A DNA stretch of 64,000 bases from Felis catus (taxonomy: Eukaryota), in the NCBI RefSeq assembly GCF_018350175.1, contig NC_058368.1, positions 187,304,001-187,368,000 on the forward strand, in the 5' to 3' direction. The notes under the pieces were generated by a model. It was not told where the DNA came from and ran no database searches. It saw nothing but the letters and a program-made list of their open reading frames with translations. Position 1 is the stretch's first letter. Each line of letters begins with the position of its first letter. This document shows positions 1 to 11,586 of the stretch, in pieces. A program made the position numbers and the translations under genes.

Positions 1-395
1 TATAAGGATTAGTCAAGACTCTTGACTGCATGTGACAGAACCCCAATTCAAAATAGCTTAGACAGAGATTTTATTGAAAGAAAACAGGGTGAATTGGGCC
101 TTAGGGTCATGTCAACCAGAAATTTGGAATCCATCAGTGCAATGCTCATTTTTTTGTCTGTGTTTCTCTCTGTATTTGGCTTTCATCTCTCACAAACTGA
201 CCTACACTCACAGCTTCACCTCTTGAGAGGGACTGGGAAAGAGACACAGGTTGGTCTGGCTGGTATTATGTACCCACCCCTAGACCAATTAACTCAGGCC
301 AGAGGGAAAGGCATCCTCTGCTTCAACTGTATGGTGGAAATTGGTCTAGGTGCAGGAGAGTTCTGAGCAGCTCAGCAATAAATATCCATTATATA
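1..395 (-). mobile_element. Ancient MaLR (MLT1J/K/L-like) LTR remnant
   Basis: 'gactcttgactgcatgtgacagaaccccaattcaaaatagctta' resembles the reverse-complemented 3' end of old MLT1 LTRs; highly diverged. Confidence 0.45.
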
Positions 396-2939
396 ATTAT
401 GCTATATACACCCAACTTACTGTTGACCAAGTTCCTCTATCCTTAAGGAGAGAGGACTGAGGTTGTCTGTCTTTCTCCCATGCCCCTAGTGGTATTCCTG
501 CTTACAAAACCTTCCTTCCCTATCTGCCTTCTCTCTGCCTCCACAACATCCTCTGCAATGTACCCAGAGTGAATCTCTCCTTCCTCTGTGCTTCCATAGA
601 CTTATCACTCTCAGCAGTAGTGCCTACCTCACTGTGTTTCAGTCAATAAATTCATTTACCCAACTAGTATCTGATTAGATCTGTGCTAGGATATTTTGTT
701 GTTGTTCATGAGAGGTGACACATTATGGTCATCTGTTCTGTGACTAACTTAATATTGAAGTTTCTCAAACCAGAATTCATACTGTCTTTTTTGTGATCTT
801 CTTTGCCAAAAATATGAGGTACAAAATATTGGATGTCATGTTACTTTCTTTGGTCTCAGTTATCCACAGCAAGAAAAACGGATGCAGAAAAAATTTGCCA
901 GTTTAACACTGTATTCTGTTAAGGCAGCACTGCCCACTTGGTGGCAGACGTCCATATTTCAGGTATCATGTATTCACTCACTGATTCACCAGTGGGTCCT
1001 TGAATATATCCTCTGTGCCAGGTGCTATAGTGTTCAGCTGTAAATGAGAGAGAGGCTGTGACTCTATACTCTAACAGGGAATCACAAAGACATTTATTAA
1101 TAAACAGTCCCACAAACAATTAGTAATTGTTTCCTTTTAAGAATGACAGAAAACATCATTCTTTTTGCAGTATTTTCTTGGCATGTCAAACCCATGCCTT
1201 ATAGCTTGGAAAATGTCATAACTTGATTTTGAGATTAAATTTAGTCTTAGCCCTGAATAAGAATCAGAACATTTGTACACTTAAAAAAAGGCCACACAAG
1301 ACTGTATGGAATCCTTAGATCGCATCTCCTGCCCACAGCCCTGTAACCCAGTCTGTGTGCTTTGGTGGGAATCTCTTGGGCAGGCAGGGACACACACCCA
1401 GGTGATTGCATATGCAGATCATTTCCTCACCCAGAGTCAGAAAGGAAAGTAACTGCCAGTCACTCTGTTGCAGGTTATCTTGAAAAGAACCTCAACCACT
1501 GGCCAGGGACAGGAAGGTTATCAAATGCTGGTAACTGTCATTATTTTTCAGACAGAATTCTCAGAAATCAGAGGGTTGCTTATTTGTATGCCAGGAAGGA
1601 AACCTCAGTTACCTGGATCAGCAGCTAGGGAGTGAAGAACATTTGATTTGAGCTTTCTCCAAACTAATAAGCTTTAAAAAAGAAGCGAAACTTTAAAGAG
1701 TATTCTCCTAAGGTTGCATGCGGTGTATCTCCTGTGTAGCCCCTGGAAGGCTGTAATCTGTGTATCTGAAACCTGGCTCCACCTCCATGAGCCCTCCACA
1801 AAGACTTAGTTCTGCTTTGCCATCCTCTGTCCAGTATGGGGCTGATTTTCTAGTCATCTACCCTGAGGGTCATGTAGAAACAGAGACAGAGCTGCACCAA
1901 AGCTTGGTCATCCCAGATTCAATTCTTTTTCACACATGTCCCTGGATCAAAGTAAAAACTCTGTAAATAAGTACATTCTGTGTTTAAGGAAAAAATTTAG
2001 CTGACTTCTGTCTCTCTTCTACTAACAGACTCTTTCTTGAATATTTCCTAATGACCGTGGTGGGGTTTCAAAGTGATCTAAAGTATACTTCTTATCCTCT
2101 AAGAATTTAAGACTGTGGGTACCTATTTTTTTTTAATTTAAAGACCCTTTGTGATTATCAAAAATCTTTGAAAACATTACCCCTCCCCAACCCTCATATC
2201 TGAAAGCAATTGTCCTTTTCCATTATTATGAAAATAAAACAAAAAGCTGTGGATTTGGATTTGTAATTTGCTGATCTCAAGAATCCCTGCAGAAATTGGA
2301 AAACCATGTGTATGAGACTTATTTTTACTCTGTCTACAGATGGCTTCTTGCTGCATATAGGGATTTGTAGATAAGTTACAATGTTGAATCTACCAATTGG
2401 CTTGTAGAAATGGCTTGGTATTTAACTATTAAGAGTGTAAGATATTACAAGTTCCAAGTGAGTAGTATGGATATTAAGAATTGTCTGTTCAAAGGAAGTA
2501 GAGATTGCTACTGTCTGTGGTGGACACATGGGTCCTTAAGAAGTCTAACACTTGAGCTTGGCAATGGAAGTTTAAGAGAATTATCAATATGGAAAACCTG
2601 CAAATAAGCATGAAAAAGGCCCAGAGGGTTTTTTTTTCCTGTGGGCAGATAGCATTAAATGCTTACATCAAGGAAAGGACATGTATAAGCTTTAGAATCA
2701 GACAAACCTTGGTGCTCATGAGCTGTGTGACCTTGGGCAAGCTACTTAGTACAATCAACACTCAGTTCTCTTTCCAATAAAATGGGACTAACCTGTCCTG
2801 AACTCTCTACAGGAAATCTGGGAAGATCGATTAAGATCAAGTAAATAAGGGGCAGTATTTTGTGAACTGCAATTTCACCAAATAAATAAAAATCATTAGT
2901 TTTTAAAGATGGAGATCTATCCATGCAAATGAATAGGCC

Positions 2940-3376
2940 ACTGTTTTTATCAGACTTCTTTTTGCAAGAAGCAGAAATAGTTCTGGCTAACTTAAGCAAA
3001 ATAGTATCCTTGCAAAAATGTGGTGGGAGGTAGGGTAGAAGGGAAGAAGAATCACACAGTCTGGCTCACAGAATCAAAGGAAAGTTGAAACCCCAGCTCC
3101 CAAAAAAGAACCAAAAAAAGGAAATCTCAGTGCAATGGGAGAGTATTGGAAGAAGCAATTACTTCATGATCTCATTTGTTTTTCCTTCCTTGAGTCATTG
3201 CACTCAAGTCAAAGTCCCAGAGTGAGCAAGTCTAATGGGAAGGGCATCCTGACTTAGAATTCATCAACATTACAAAGCACAGAGGAGAGGTAATTTCTCA
3301 AAAGGAAGTCAAAGGATTGTTAAGGAAAAGAGAGCAGATTGGAAGGTGGGTAGCCAGAAAGCAACTATCTACTACA
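2940..3376 (-). mobile_element. Ancient MaLR (MLT1K/L-like) LTR remnant
   Basis: 'ttttgcaagaagcagaaatagttctggctaacttaagcaaaa ... ctggctcacagaatc ... tatctactaca' pattern. Confidence 0.45.
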
Positions 3377-3731
3377 AATAATTTCAAAAACTCATTAATA
3401 CATTTATATAATCATATTTATTAATCAACTTGAAATTCATTTGTGAAGAACAGTGGAAAATAAGTCTAGGAAAATAAAAGTTGAGGTCAGTGCAGGGGAA
3501 ATAGCCTATTCTGGCTACTAGAACATATTTCATCCTGTTTGCTAAACCTTGGCCTTCCCAGTGGTCCTTGGGGGATGCAGCTTGTTGGTTCTGAGCCGTA
3601 GGTCAGTGAGGATACCTTAACCCCAAAGAAGGGGTTATACATATTGCCATTGATGTACCTGGGATAATCTGGGAGTTTTGAGTTATTTTATGATTGCAAT
3701 AATTGACTTGTGTCAGAAACCTCTCCCTGGT

Positions 3732-3938
3732 GGGGCACCTGGGTGGCTCAGTCAGTTATGCGTCCAACTTTGGTTCAGGTCATGATCTCATGGTTCATGA
3801 GTTCAAGCCCCACATTGGGCTGTCTGCTGACAGCTCAGAGCCTGGAGTCTGCTTCAGATTCTGTACCTCCCTCTCTTTTTGCCCCTCCCCTGCTCATGCT
3901 CTGTCACTCTCTCTCAAAAATAAATATTAAAAAAAAAA
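3732..3938 (+). mobile_element. Can-SINE (feline SINEC type, tRNA-derived)
   Basis: ggggcacctgggtggctcagtc head, (CT)n region, A tail; near-TSD agaaac(c)tctccct on both sides. Confidence 0.93.
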
Positions 3939-4534
3939 GTGAAGAAACTCTCCCTTCTTTCTGATTCTCACTTTCCCCCATGCCTCATATATAATGGATA
4001 TTCAATATGTTTGAATACATGAATGAATGGATAAGAGACTAGTCTGGCCCATGTTGGAATGTTGGGATCTAGGACTTTATCTATTTTTTTTAATTAGTTG
4101 AGCCAAAGAATTTCCTTACAAGAAGTCCTATTCCCATGAATCAAAGTTAAGATTTGTCCCTGGGGCTTTTCCCAATTGTTTAGGGTGATCTTTACAGAGA
4201 GGTCTTCCTTTCATCTCTTCATCCATCACCTTTCAATATATACATTCCTAATATCACCCTCTCCAGTACTAACCTTATCTCAACAAGTCTTGGTGGTATG
4301 CCTGTTGCCACAAGGTATTATGGGAGATGCCCCAGATGAAGCTAGCAGGCTATGAGAGGAAGCATAGATTCAGATATGTAAGTGTTAAATGGAGTCACGA
4401 GCAGTGTGATGTGGAAGCACATAAAAAGGAACAATTCTCATTGGCTGGGGTGAAAGGGTCTATGGAGATTTGGGTGGGCTTCACAGAGGAGGTAGCAAAA
4501 AAAAACCCTCTTAAGTGCTTAAAAAATTAATATA

Positions 4535-4567
4535 TGTATATGTGTATGTATGTATGTATGTATGTAT
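4535..4567 (+). repeat. (ATGT)n microsatellite
   Basis: tgtatgtatgtatgtatgtat run. Confidence 0.8.
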
Positions 4568-4989
4568 ACAATCCTCAAAAGAATGTCCCCTATCTAGGTA
4601 GGGTCTTAACCTCTACCCTTTGAAGGTACCCCACTTTAAAATGCAAATATACTTGGAAAAGATAACACATTGCATTGGTTATTAGTTGTGGTCTTTTCTA
4701 TATATTTTCTACTATATTTTAGACAAGGAATTCACTTTTTTCCATTATCAGTTCCCTTTTATTTTTAACCTTAGCACAGTACATATATTGCAAGGAAACC
4801 CCCACCATGCTTATATAATAGACTCCAGAGTTTATATAGTATAGAGTGATATATGCAGATGTCTCTTATTACAAGTCATTAGGACCCTCCCTCCCCCCCA
4901 GTCAAAAAACCTAACCTTTTTTTTTTCCAATTGAAGAGAAAGGAAAAAAAAATCCTATCATGTCCTCTCCTGATGGACAGATAGGTTAG

Positions 4990-5221
4990 AGGGTGTCTCA
5001 ATCTGGGCAACTTTATATCTCCTTACCCTGAATTTGTTCTAAAACAATGCTCAGTTCTATGCAGGAAACACTGGGCAATGTCCTTAAACATTTTTGGTCA
5101 TCACATCTGGCAGAAGGGGAGAGTGCTACTGGTATCAAGTTCTTAAAGACCAGGAATGCTGCTAAAAGTCAAAGAATTATCCAGCCCAAAATGTCAATAG
5201 TGCCAAAGTTGAGATACTCTG
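4990..5221 (-). mobile_element. MER20-like hAT DNA transposon
   Basis: 'ggcaatgtcc...tgctactggtatc...gaattatccagcccaaaatgtcaatagtgccaaagttgaga'; reverse complement of the copy at 15345. Confidence 0.75.
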
Positions 5222-5497
5222 GTCTAGAAATGCCTTGACCTGCCTACCAACTAGCTGTCTATATAGATCTTAAGAAAAAGGATGAGAGTGAGCCAATGAC
5301 TATAAGAAAAACCTTTTATAAAACATAGAAATCTTTTAGACACAATCAAAAATATTCAATAGAGGCAAATCAAAGGTCATCATGACAATATTATGTAATT
5401 TAGGTTTTTTATGCTTCTTTATTTGACCCACATTAAAAAGGATGATGCTAATCATGATCATGATAATAATGATGATTTCTAGGCATTGGGGTTTGCT

Positions 5498-5865
5498 TAT
5501 TTTTTTATTAAGATATAAGTCACTAATTAGTTTTAGGTACATAACATAATTATTTCATATTTGTATATACTGTGAAATCACAATAAGTCTAGTTAACATC
5601 CATTACCTCACATAGTTATAATTTTTTTTCTTGTGATGAGATCTTTTAAGATGTACTCTTAGCAACTTTCAAATATACAGTACAATATTATTAACTATAG
5701 TCTTGCTATACATTGCATTGCATGACTTATTTTTTAACTGAAAGTTTATTATCTTTTGATCCCCTTTACCCATTTCACCCACCCCATCTCTGGCAGCCTC
5801 CAATCTGTTCTCTAGATCTATGAGCTCAGTGTTTGGGGGGTTGGTTTTTTAATTCCACATATATG
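5498..5865 (-). mobile_element. Old L1 3' end (L1MA9/L1_Carn-like)
   Basis: 'acaataagtctagttaacatccattacctcacatagtt...cttagcaactttcaaatatacagtacaatattattaactatagtc'. Confidence 0.75.
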
Positions 5866-5984
5866 AATTTATTTATTATATCAGATACTTCAATTATAAA
5901 AAGTAGGAAAGGAACATAGGAAAGGAAATGGAGCCAAGAGGAGACCTTAAACACTGATCTTTCCTTTGTGCATCAAAATAACAC

Positions 5985-6222
5985 CATGGTTTAAGAGAGC
6001 AAACCATATGACATCAGAAGTCCTATGGTTAAATCCTGTGTTCTCATTTTGCTATCTGTGTGTCACTGGGAAAATCACTGGATCTCCTTGACCTTAATTC
6101 CTTCACTTGTAAAATAGAGATAATAATCATACCTACCTGATAGCATTATTGTGTAATTTAAAGGCAATAGTGTATATAAGATATTTAGTTGGTTCTTGGC
6201 ACACAGCAAGCACTCAATAAGT
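5985..6222 (+). mobile_element. MIR SINE
   Basis: Core 'cttcacttgtaaaatagagataataatcatacctacctgatag' and tail 'ggcacacagcaagcactcaataa'. Confidence 0.7.
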
Positions 6223-6691
6223 TCTGTGGCAAGAACAGTAAAAGTAGAGGACAAAGAGGATTAAACATATCGATGATGGCGACAACAATGATGGTAATTA
6301 GCTTTGGATTCCAGTGATTTGAGGGGCAGTCATGGTCCTGTTACCAGTCACAAGACAATTGCTTTACTTCAGTCTCCATTTGCACATCTACCAGTTACTG
6401 TGAGAACCTAATGACAGGTGCCTGGCACATTGTGTGTGTTCAGAGGAGGTGGGTCTGGCCTGAAGAACTGCAGAGACATACACCTTCCTCTCTGGAAAGG
6501 CTTTATCTTTTCCTGGACCCTGATGGCTCCCCAGGCCTTTTTGCTTATTAGTGGGGCTTTCTCAGGTAAAGGGCTGAGTCGGAAAGAAATGTCAGATAGG
6601 TAGGCTACATCCGCAAGCTAAAAAGAGCTGTGTGGTAATGAATCAGAAGGGAATCAGAAACTTCTGACCAAGGTTAAAATGAGGACCCTCA

Positions 6692-6897
6692 GGACACCTG
6701 GGTGACTCAGTTGCTTAAGCCTTGGGCCCAGATCATGATCTCAGAGTTCATGAGTCCAAGCCTCACAATGGGCTCTATGCTGACAGCTCAGAGCCTAGAG
6801 CCTGCTTTGGATATTTTCTCTCTCTCTCTCTCTCTCTGCCCCTCCCCAGCTTATGCTCTGTCTCTCATAAATAAATTAACATTAAAAATAAAAAATA
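6692..6897 (+). mobile_element. Can-SINE, diverged, with internal deletion
   Basis: ggacacctgggtgactcag...tgacagctcagagcctagagcctgct...(CT)n, A-rich tail. Confidence 0.88.
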
Positions 6898-8253
6898 ATG
6901 ACCCTGACAGATTTATAGGGTTTCGTATAGTGCCCCCCCCCATGCCTTCCTATCCTTGGTTCTCCTGGCAACTCCCTGGAGTGGCTATAGCAAGTCCTTC
7001 AGAACAAGTAATCCTGAGAAGTTATCTTGGAAGGTAGCAAGACCCACATGCCCCTCTTCATAGCCCATCTTGAGGAAGGAAGTAGGAAGCCCAGGGAAAA
7101 GGTAATTAGAAAGGGTGAAGCCACCTCTCCAGGATAGAGGGAGACAGAGGACCCAAGGCCAGTTCCCAGAAGAAAAAGAGAACAAGGGACATTTGAGGAA
7201 GGTGACCAGGAAGCCCCAGCAGAGGGACAAGAGTCGCAAACCTCACATTGCTGGCATCTGCTGGGTATGATTAAACAGACACCGTGGACTGACTGCAGCA
7301 GGATCATTAGCTCTGAGACCCGCTGCCACTCATACCTGAAATGAGTTTGGATTTAGAAAGCCTGCAATGAACCGAGAGGTATAGCTCAGAGTGAAGCACA
7401 CGGCTTAATCAGAGGCATGAAAGCAGCTGACAAATTACAGCGTGATTTGTCATCATCTCAGGACTCGGCAAGTGTTTGTCCCTGAAAGAATCGATACCTG
7501 GAGAGAAAAGGACCATATTTTTAGAAACTCCTGGATGGGTAATTTATTTCAAGTGAGTGGAGAGTTTATTTATGTTGGCGCCCCCACAGATCCAATGGAC
7601 AGTATATTTATACGAAGCCAGAAAATGCTATCATTTCTTCTAATCAATTTGCCCCTTTGAACAGCTGTACCTTGAAGCTTTTGGCAATAAATTCAGGCCC
7701 CATGCCGAAAGCTCTACCCAGGAAACCATTTCTAATCCCATCTTTAACACTCCTTCCTTCTACATAGCGTGTTACATCTGCTAAAACTTTCCACATGAAT
7801 TCTATCTTTCCAGACACAAATGAAATGGACAGGGAAGGTGGTGTTAGCCCCAGTCTACAGAGTAGGAAACTGAGGCTTGAGAATTGAAGGGAGTATTAGC
7901 CAATGTGGATAGAAAGCAAGATCTCCTCTTCTCCAGTTGTGTCCCTTGCCCCCAACATTGGACTCTAAGATATTGTACAACTAGATAACCTAATGAAAGA
8001 GAAATCATGGAGAAAAAGGCAAGAATGTGTCTGAAGTACTTAGCTATAGGAATGTTTACTTGGGCGGGAGGGGGCAGCATGCTGTGCAAGTAGAAAACAA
8101 GGGGCCTGCAGTCATACTTGGGTTCAAATCCCAGTGCTGGTACAGCTATGAGCAGCCTACCTACCCTTCTGAGCCATGGTTTTTCCATCCCTAAAGAGAG
8201 GATGATTAGTATTCTTCATAGAATAATTATAAATGTAAAAATAAATAATATGT

Positions 8254-8470
8254 GGGGCACCTGGCTGGTTCAGTCGGTTGAGCATCCAACTCTTGATTTC
8301 AGTTCAGGTCATGATCTCACGGTCATGGGATCAAGCCCTGCATCAGGCTCTGCACTGGGTGTGGAGCCTGCTTGGGATTCTTTCTCCCCCTCTCCTTCTG
8401 CCTGTCTCTCTCTCCCTCTCTCTCCCTCTCTCTCCCTCTCCCTCTAAAAATATATATATATATATATTTA
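8254..8470 (+). mobile_element. Can-SINE, older subfamily, with (TA)n tail, inside a MIR remnant
   Basis: ggggcacctggctggttcagtcgg...ctcttgatttcag...gtggagcctgcttgggattc. Confidence 0.9.
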
Positions 8471-8890
8471 TTCATATAATGATAGTATGTCCTCATCACA
8501 GCATCTAGAAGAAGCAAGAGTACAGGAAAGCCTGTTTATTGGCTACAGTTTTCACATCATGTTTACAACAGAAAAACAAATTGAGACAATATAACTGTTC
8601 TCTAGTGAAATGGTTAAATGAACATGGTGGCATTCATACACCAGGTTTCTATCCAGGTGTTAAGATGTATAAAAAATTTAAGATGTAAAAACTTTCAGTT
8701 TATATGAACACCATCTCATCTTCCAAAATCCATAAATGTGTGCACATTACACATGTATGTGTTTTGTACAATTTACACGCACACACACACATGTATATAT
8801 GTATTTTAACCCTGGAAGTATTATACACACAAGAATATTAATTCTGGTTACCTTTAGGTGGTGTGATTTATAATCTCTTTTTTATTATTT

Positions 8891-9084
8891 CTGTGCTGCC
8901 CAATGTGGTAGCCACCTGCCACATGTAGCTATTTAGCTTTAATTAAAATTAAATAAAATTTCAAAATCGATTTCTTGGTCCTATTTCCACATTTCACCAG
9001 GCACACATGTTTAGTAGCTTCCACATTGGGCAGTGAGGACTTATGACACTCCCATCATCGCTGTGAGCTCCGTTGGACAGTGCT
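8891..9084. mobile_element. MER3-like hAT-Charlie element
   Basis: Termini ctgtgctgcccaat...ttggacagtgctg; internal 'gtagccacc...ccacatgtagctattt...aattaaaattaaataaaat'. Confidence 0.7.
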
Positions 9085-9362
9085 GGTCAGGAAACTCAAA
9101 CCCAGGACTGCCAGTGAAATGTGAGCCAGGCAGAAGCCTCCCTCTGCCCTACATCCGACTTTCCAGTATTTTCATTGCACCTACTTCCTCCTTCTTAATG
9201 AGGATTTCACTTTTCTTCTCACATTTTATAACTCTTGCAGTGTGACAAAGCAGGGATTACCTTATTCGCAGTGCTTCTAACAGTGATTAGCTCTCCTAGT
9301 GATCCTATTAAAACTGAATTCCTCTGAATTAATAACCTCATGGTGATCTCTCTCACACACAG

Positions 9363-9448
9363 GAGGTACAGTTCGAACCCGAATGTTTCTGCAACACCAT
9401 CGTGTGTGAGAAACCCAACAACCACCTCAACAAGTTTAAGGGATATAT
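9363..9448 (+). CDS. ATP10B: ATP10B exon (86 nt) [28 protein letters not shown](M); A domain
   Basis: cacacag|GAG...TATAT|gtaagt; phase 0 to 2. Not shown in this frame by the ORF track; read by hand. Confidence 0.93.
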
Positions 9449-11539
9449 GTAAGTATCTAATGCCCCTGTGCTGCTGGAAACATTTGTTCTTGAAACGGCC
9501 AAAGAAAGAAGCATTGGGGTCCTGAGGATGTGTCTTGCTTTTTGCCTTAAAGAAATGCTAGGGGCACCTTGGTGGCTCAGTTGGTTAAGTGTCCAACTCT
9601 TGATTTCGGCTCAGGTCATGATCTCATGGTTTGGTTCGTAAGATTGATTCCTAGTTGGATCTAAGCTGACAGTGCGGAGCCTGCTTGGGATTCTCTGCCC
9701 TTCCATTGCTCGTGCTCTCTCTCTCTCTTTCCCTCTCAAAATAAATAAGTAAACATTTTAAAAACTGCTAGAGAGGGGCGCCTGGGTGGCTCGGTCGGTC
9801 AAGCGTCCGACTTCGGCTCAGGTCATGATCTCATGGTCCTTGAGTTCGAGCCCCACGTCAGGCTCTGTGCTGACGGCTCAGAGCCTGGAGCCTGCTTCGG
9901 ATTCTGTGTCTCCCTCTCTCTCTGCCCCTCCCCTGTTCATGCTCTGTCTCTCTCTGTCTAAAAAATAAATAAATGTTAAAAAAAATGTTTTTTTTTTTAA
10001 ACTGCTAGAGGGGCGCCTGGGTGGCTCAGTCGGTTAAGCGTCCGACTTCAGCCAGGTCACGATCTCGCGGTCCATGAGTTTGAGCCCCGCGTCAGGCTCT
10101 GGGCTGATGGCTCAGAGCCTGGAGCCTGTTTCCAATTCTGTGTCTCCCTCTCTCTCTGCCCCTCCCCCGTTCATGCTCTGTCTCTCTCTGTCCCAAAAAT
10201 AAATAAACGTTGAAAAAAAAAAAAAAACTGCTAGAGAAACCTAAATTGGGAAACTTTTCCTACTCTTTTTTTTTTTTTTTTTTTTTGCCAGCATGGCAGT
10301 TAATTATCTTGCAGGGTTAAATTTAACAATCAGACTACACTCTCAGGAAAAGCTAGTATGATGTCATTAAGGTCAGTTTTCTAAAAGAGCTTGTATCGCA
10401 TCGCAGGTAAGAACAGAGACTTTTTAGTTAGACAGACTTGGCTTTGAGTAAATTAACCTCTCTGGGTCTAGGTTTTCCTATCTGTTAAATAAAGATTCTG
10501 AGATCGACATCATAGGACTTTTCTAAGAATTAAGTTATCACATGAAAAGCCCTTAGCACAACAACTAGCACAGAGTAAACACTCAGTTAATGGTGGCTGA
10601 GCTGTTGCAATTGTTATTCTTATGCCTCAACTTTGGTTTGGCCTCAGAATCTTACTGTGTTTCTGCTCCCACATCAGACTACTTCATGCAGAGAAAGACC
10701 AAAAACAAGCGGTGGTAACAGATGTGAATAAATGCCCTTATAATAGCCTTTAGAGTACTTACACGGGACATCACCTCATTGAATCTGTACAACCATCCAA
10801 GGAAATGAGTATTATGATCTCCATTTTTCAGATAGGGAATCTGATGATCTGAGGCTTTTCCATATAGACCCAAAGGTGCACAATAGGTACCAGACAACAC
10901 CAGGACTTTCAGCTCCAGTGAAACATTCAGGTCTTTCAGCTCCAGTGTGTTTCCTCTTGTTGTGCAGAACAGAGCTCTGCTTGATAAGGGAAACTCTTGA
11001 CCAAGCAAGTCTGGAATGAAGCTTAAATAGGCTTCTTAGAAGGCAGATGTCTGTGCTTTCTCTCCACCCACATTTTCTCAGGCATGTATGGGATGTCATG
11101 AAGAGCAGTATGAGAGGGGAAAGGATAAGAACAATACAAGATAACCAGCAGCTCTTAAACACGTATTATTTCCAAACACACAGCACAGATGGAGACAGGC
11201 AGAGAAGGGCCTGAGCTCCTGGCAAAGAGGAGAATTCGTCGCAGACATCTGTTCAGGTAGAGCTTGCCACCTGCCCCAGCAAAGAGGCCCTCCCTCATGC
11301 TGTGGTTTGTGGATTTGATTCATCCCAAGTCAGCTGTGAAACATTCTCTTGTTAGAATCAAAAGAATTGCAAATCAAGGGCGCCTGGGTGGCTCAATCAG
11401 TCAAGTATCAGACTTCAGCTCAGGTCATGATCTTACAGTTCATGGGTTCAAGCCTCACGCTGGGCTCTATGCTGACAGCTCAGAGCCTGACGCCAGCTTT
11501 GGATTCTGTGTCTCCCTCTCTCTGCCCCTCCCCTGCTCA

Positions 11540-11586
<47 letters not shown>

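Noticed and set aside
9360..9365. NAGNAG tandem acceptor (CAG GAG), and the tandem donor GTG GTG at 52276-52281
   Set aside because: GAG acceptors are rarely used and the distal GTGAGT donor is far stronger; no evidence of alternative use.
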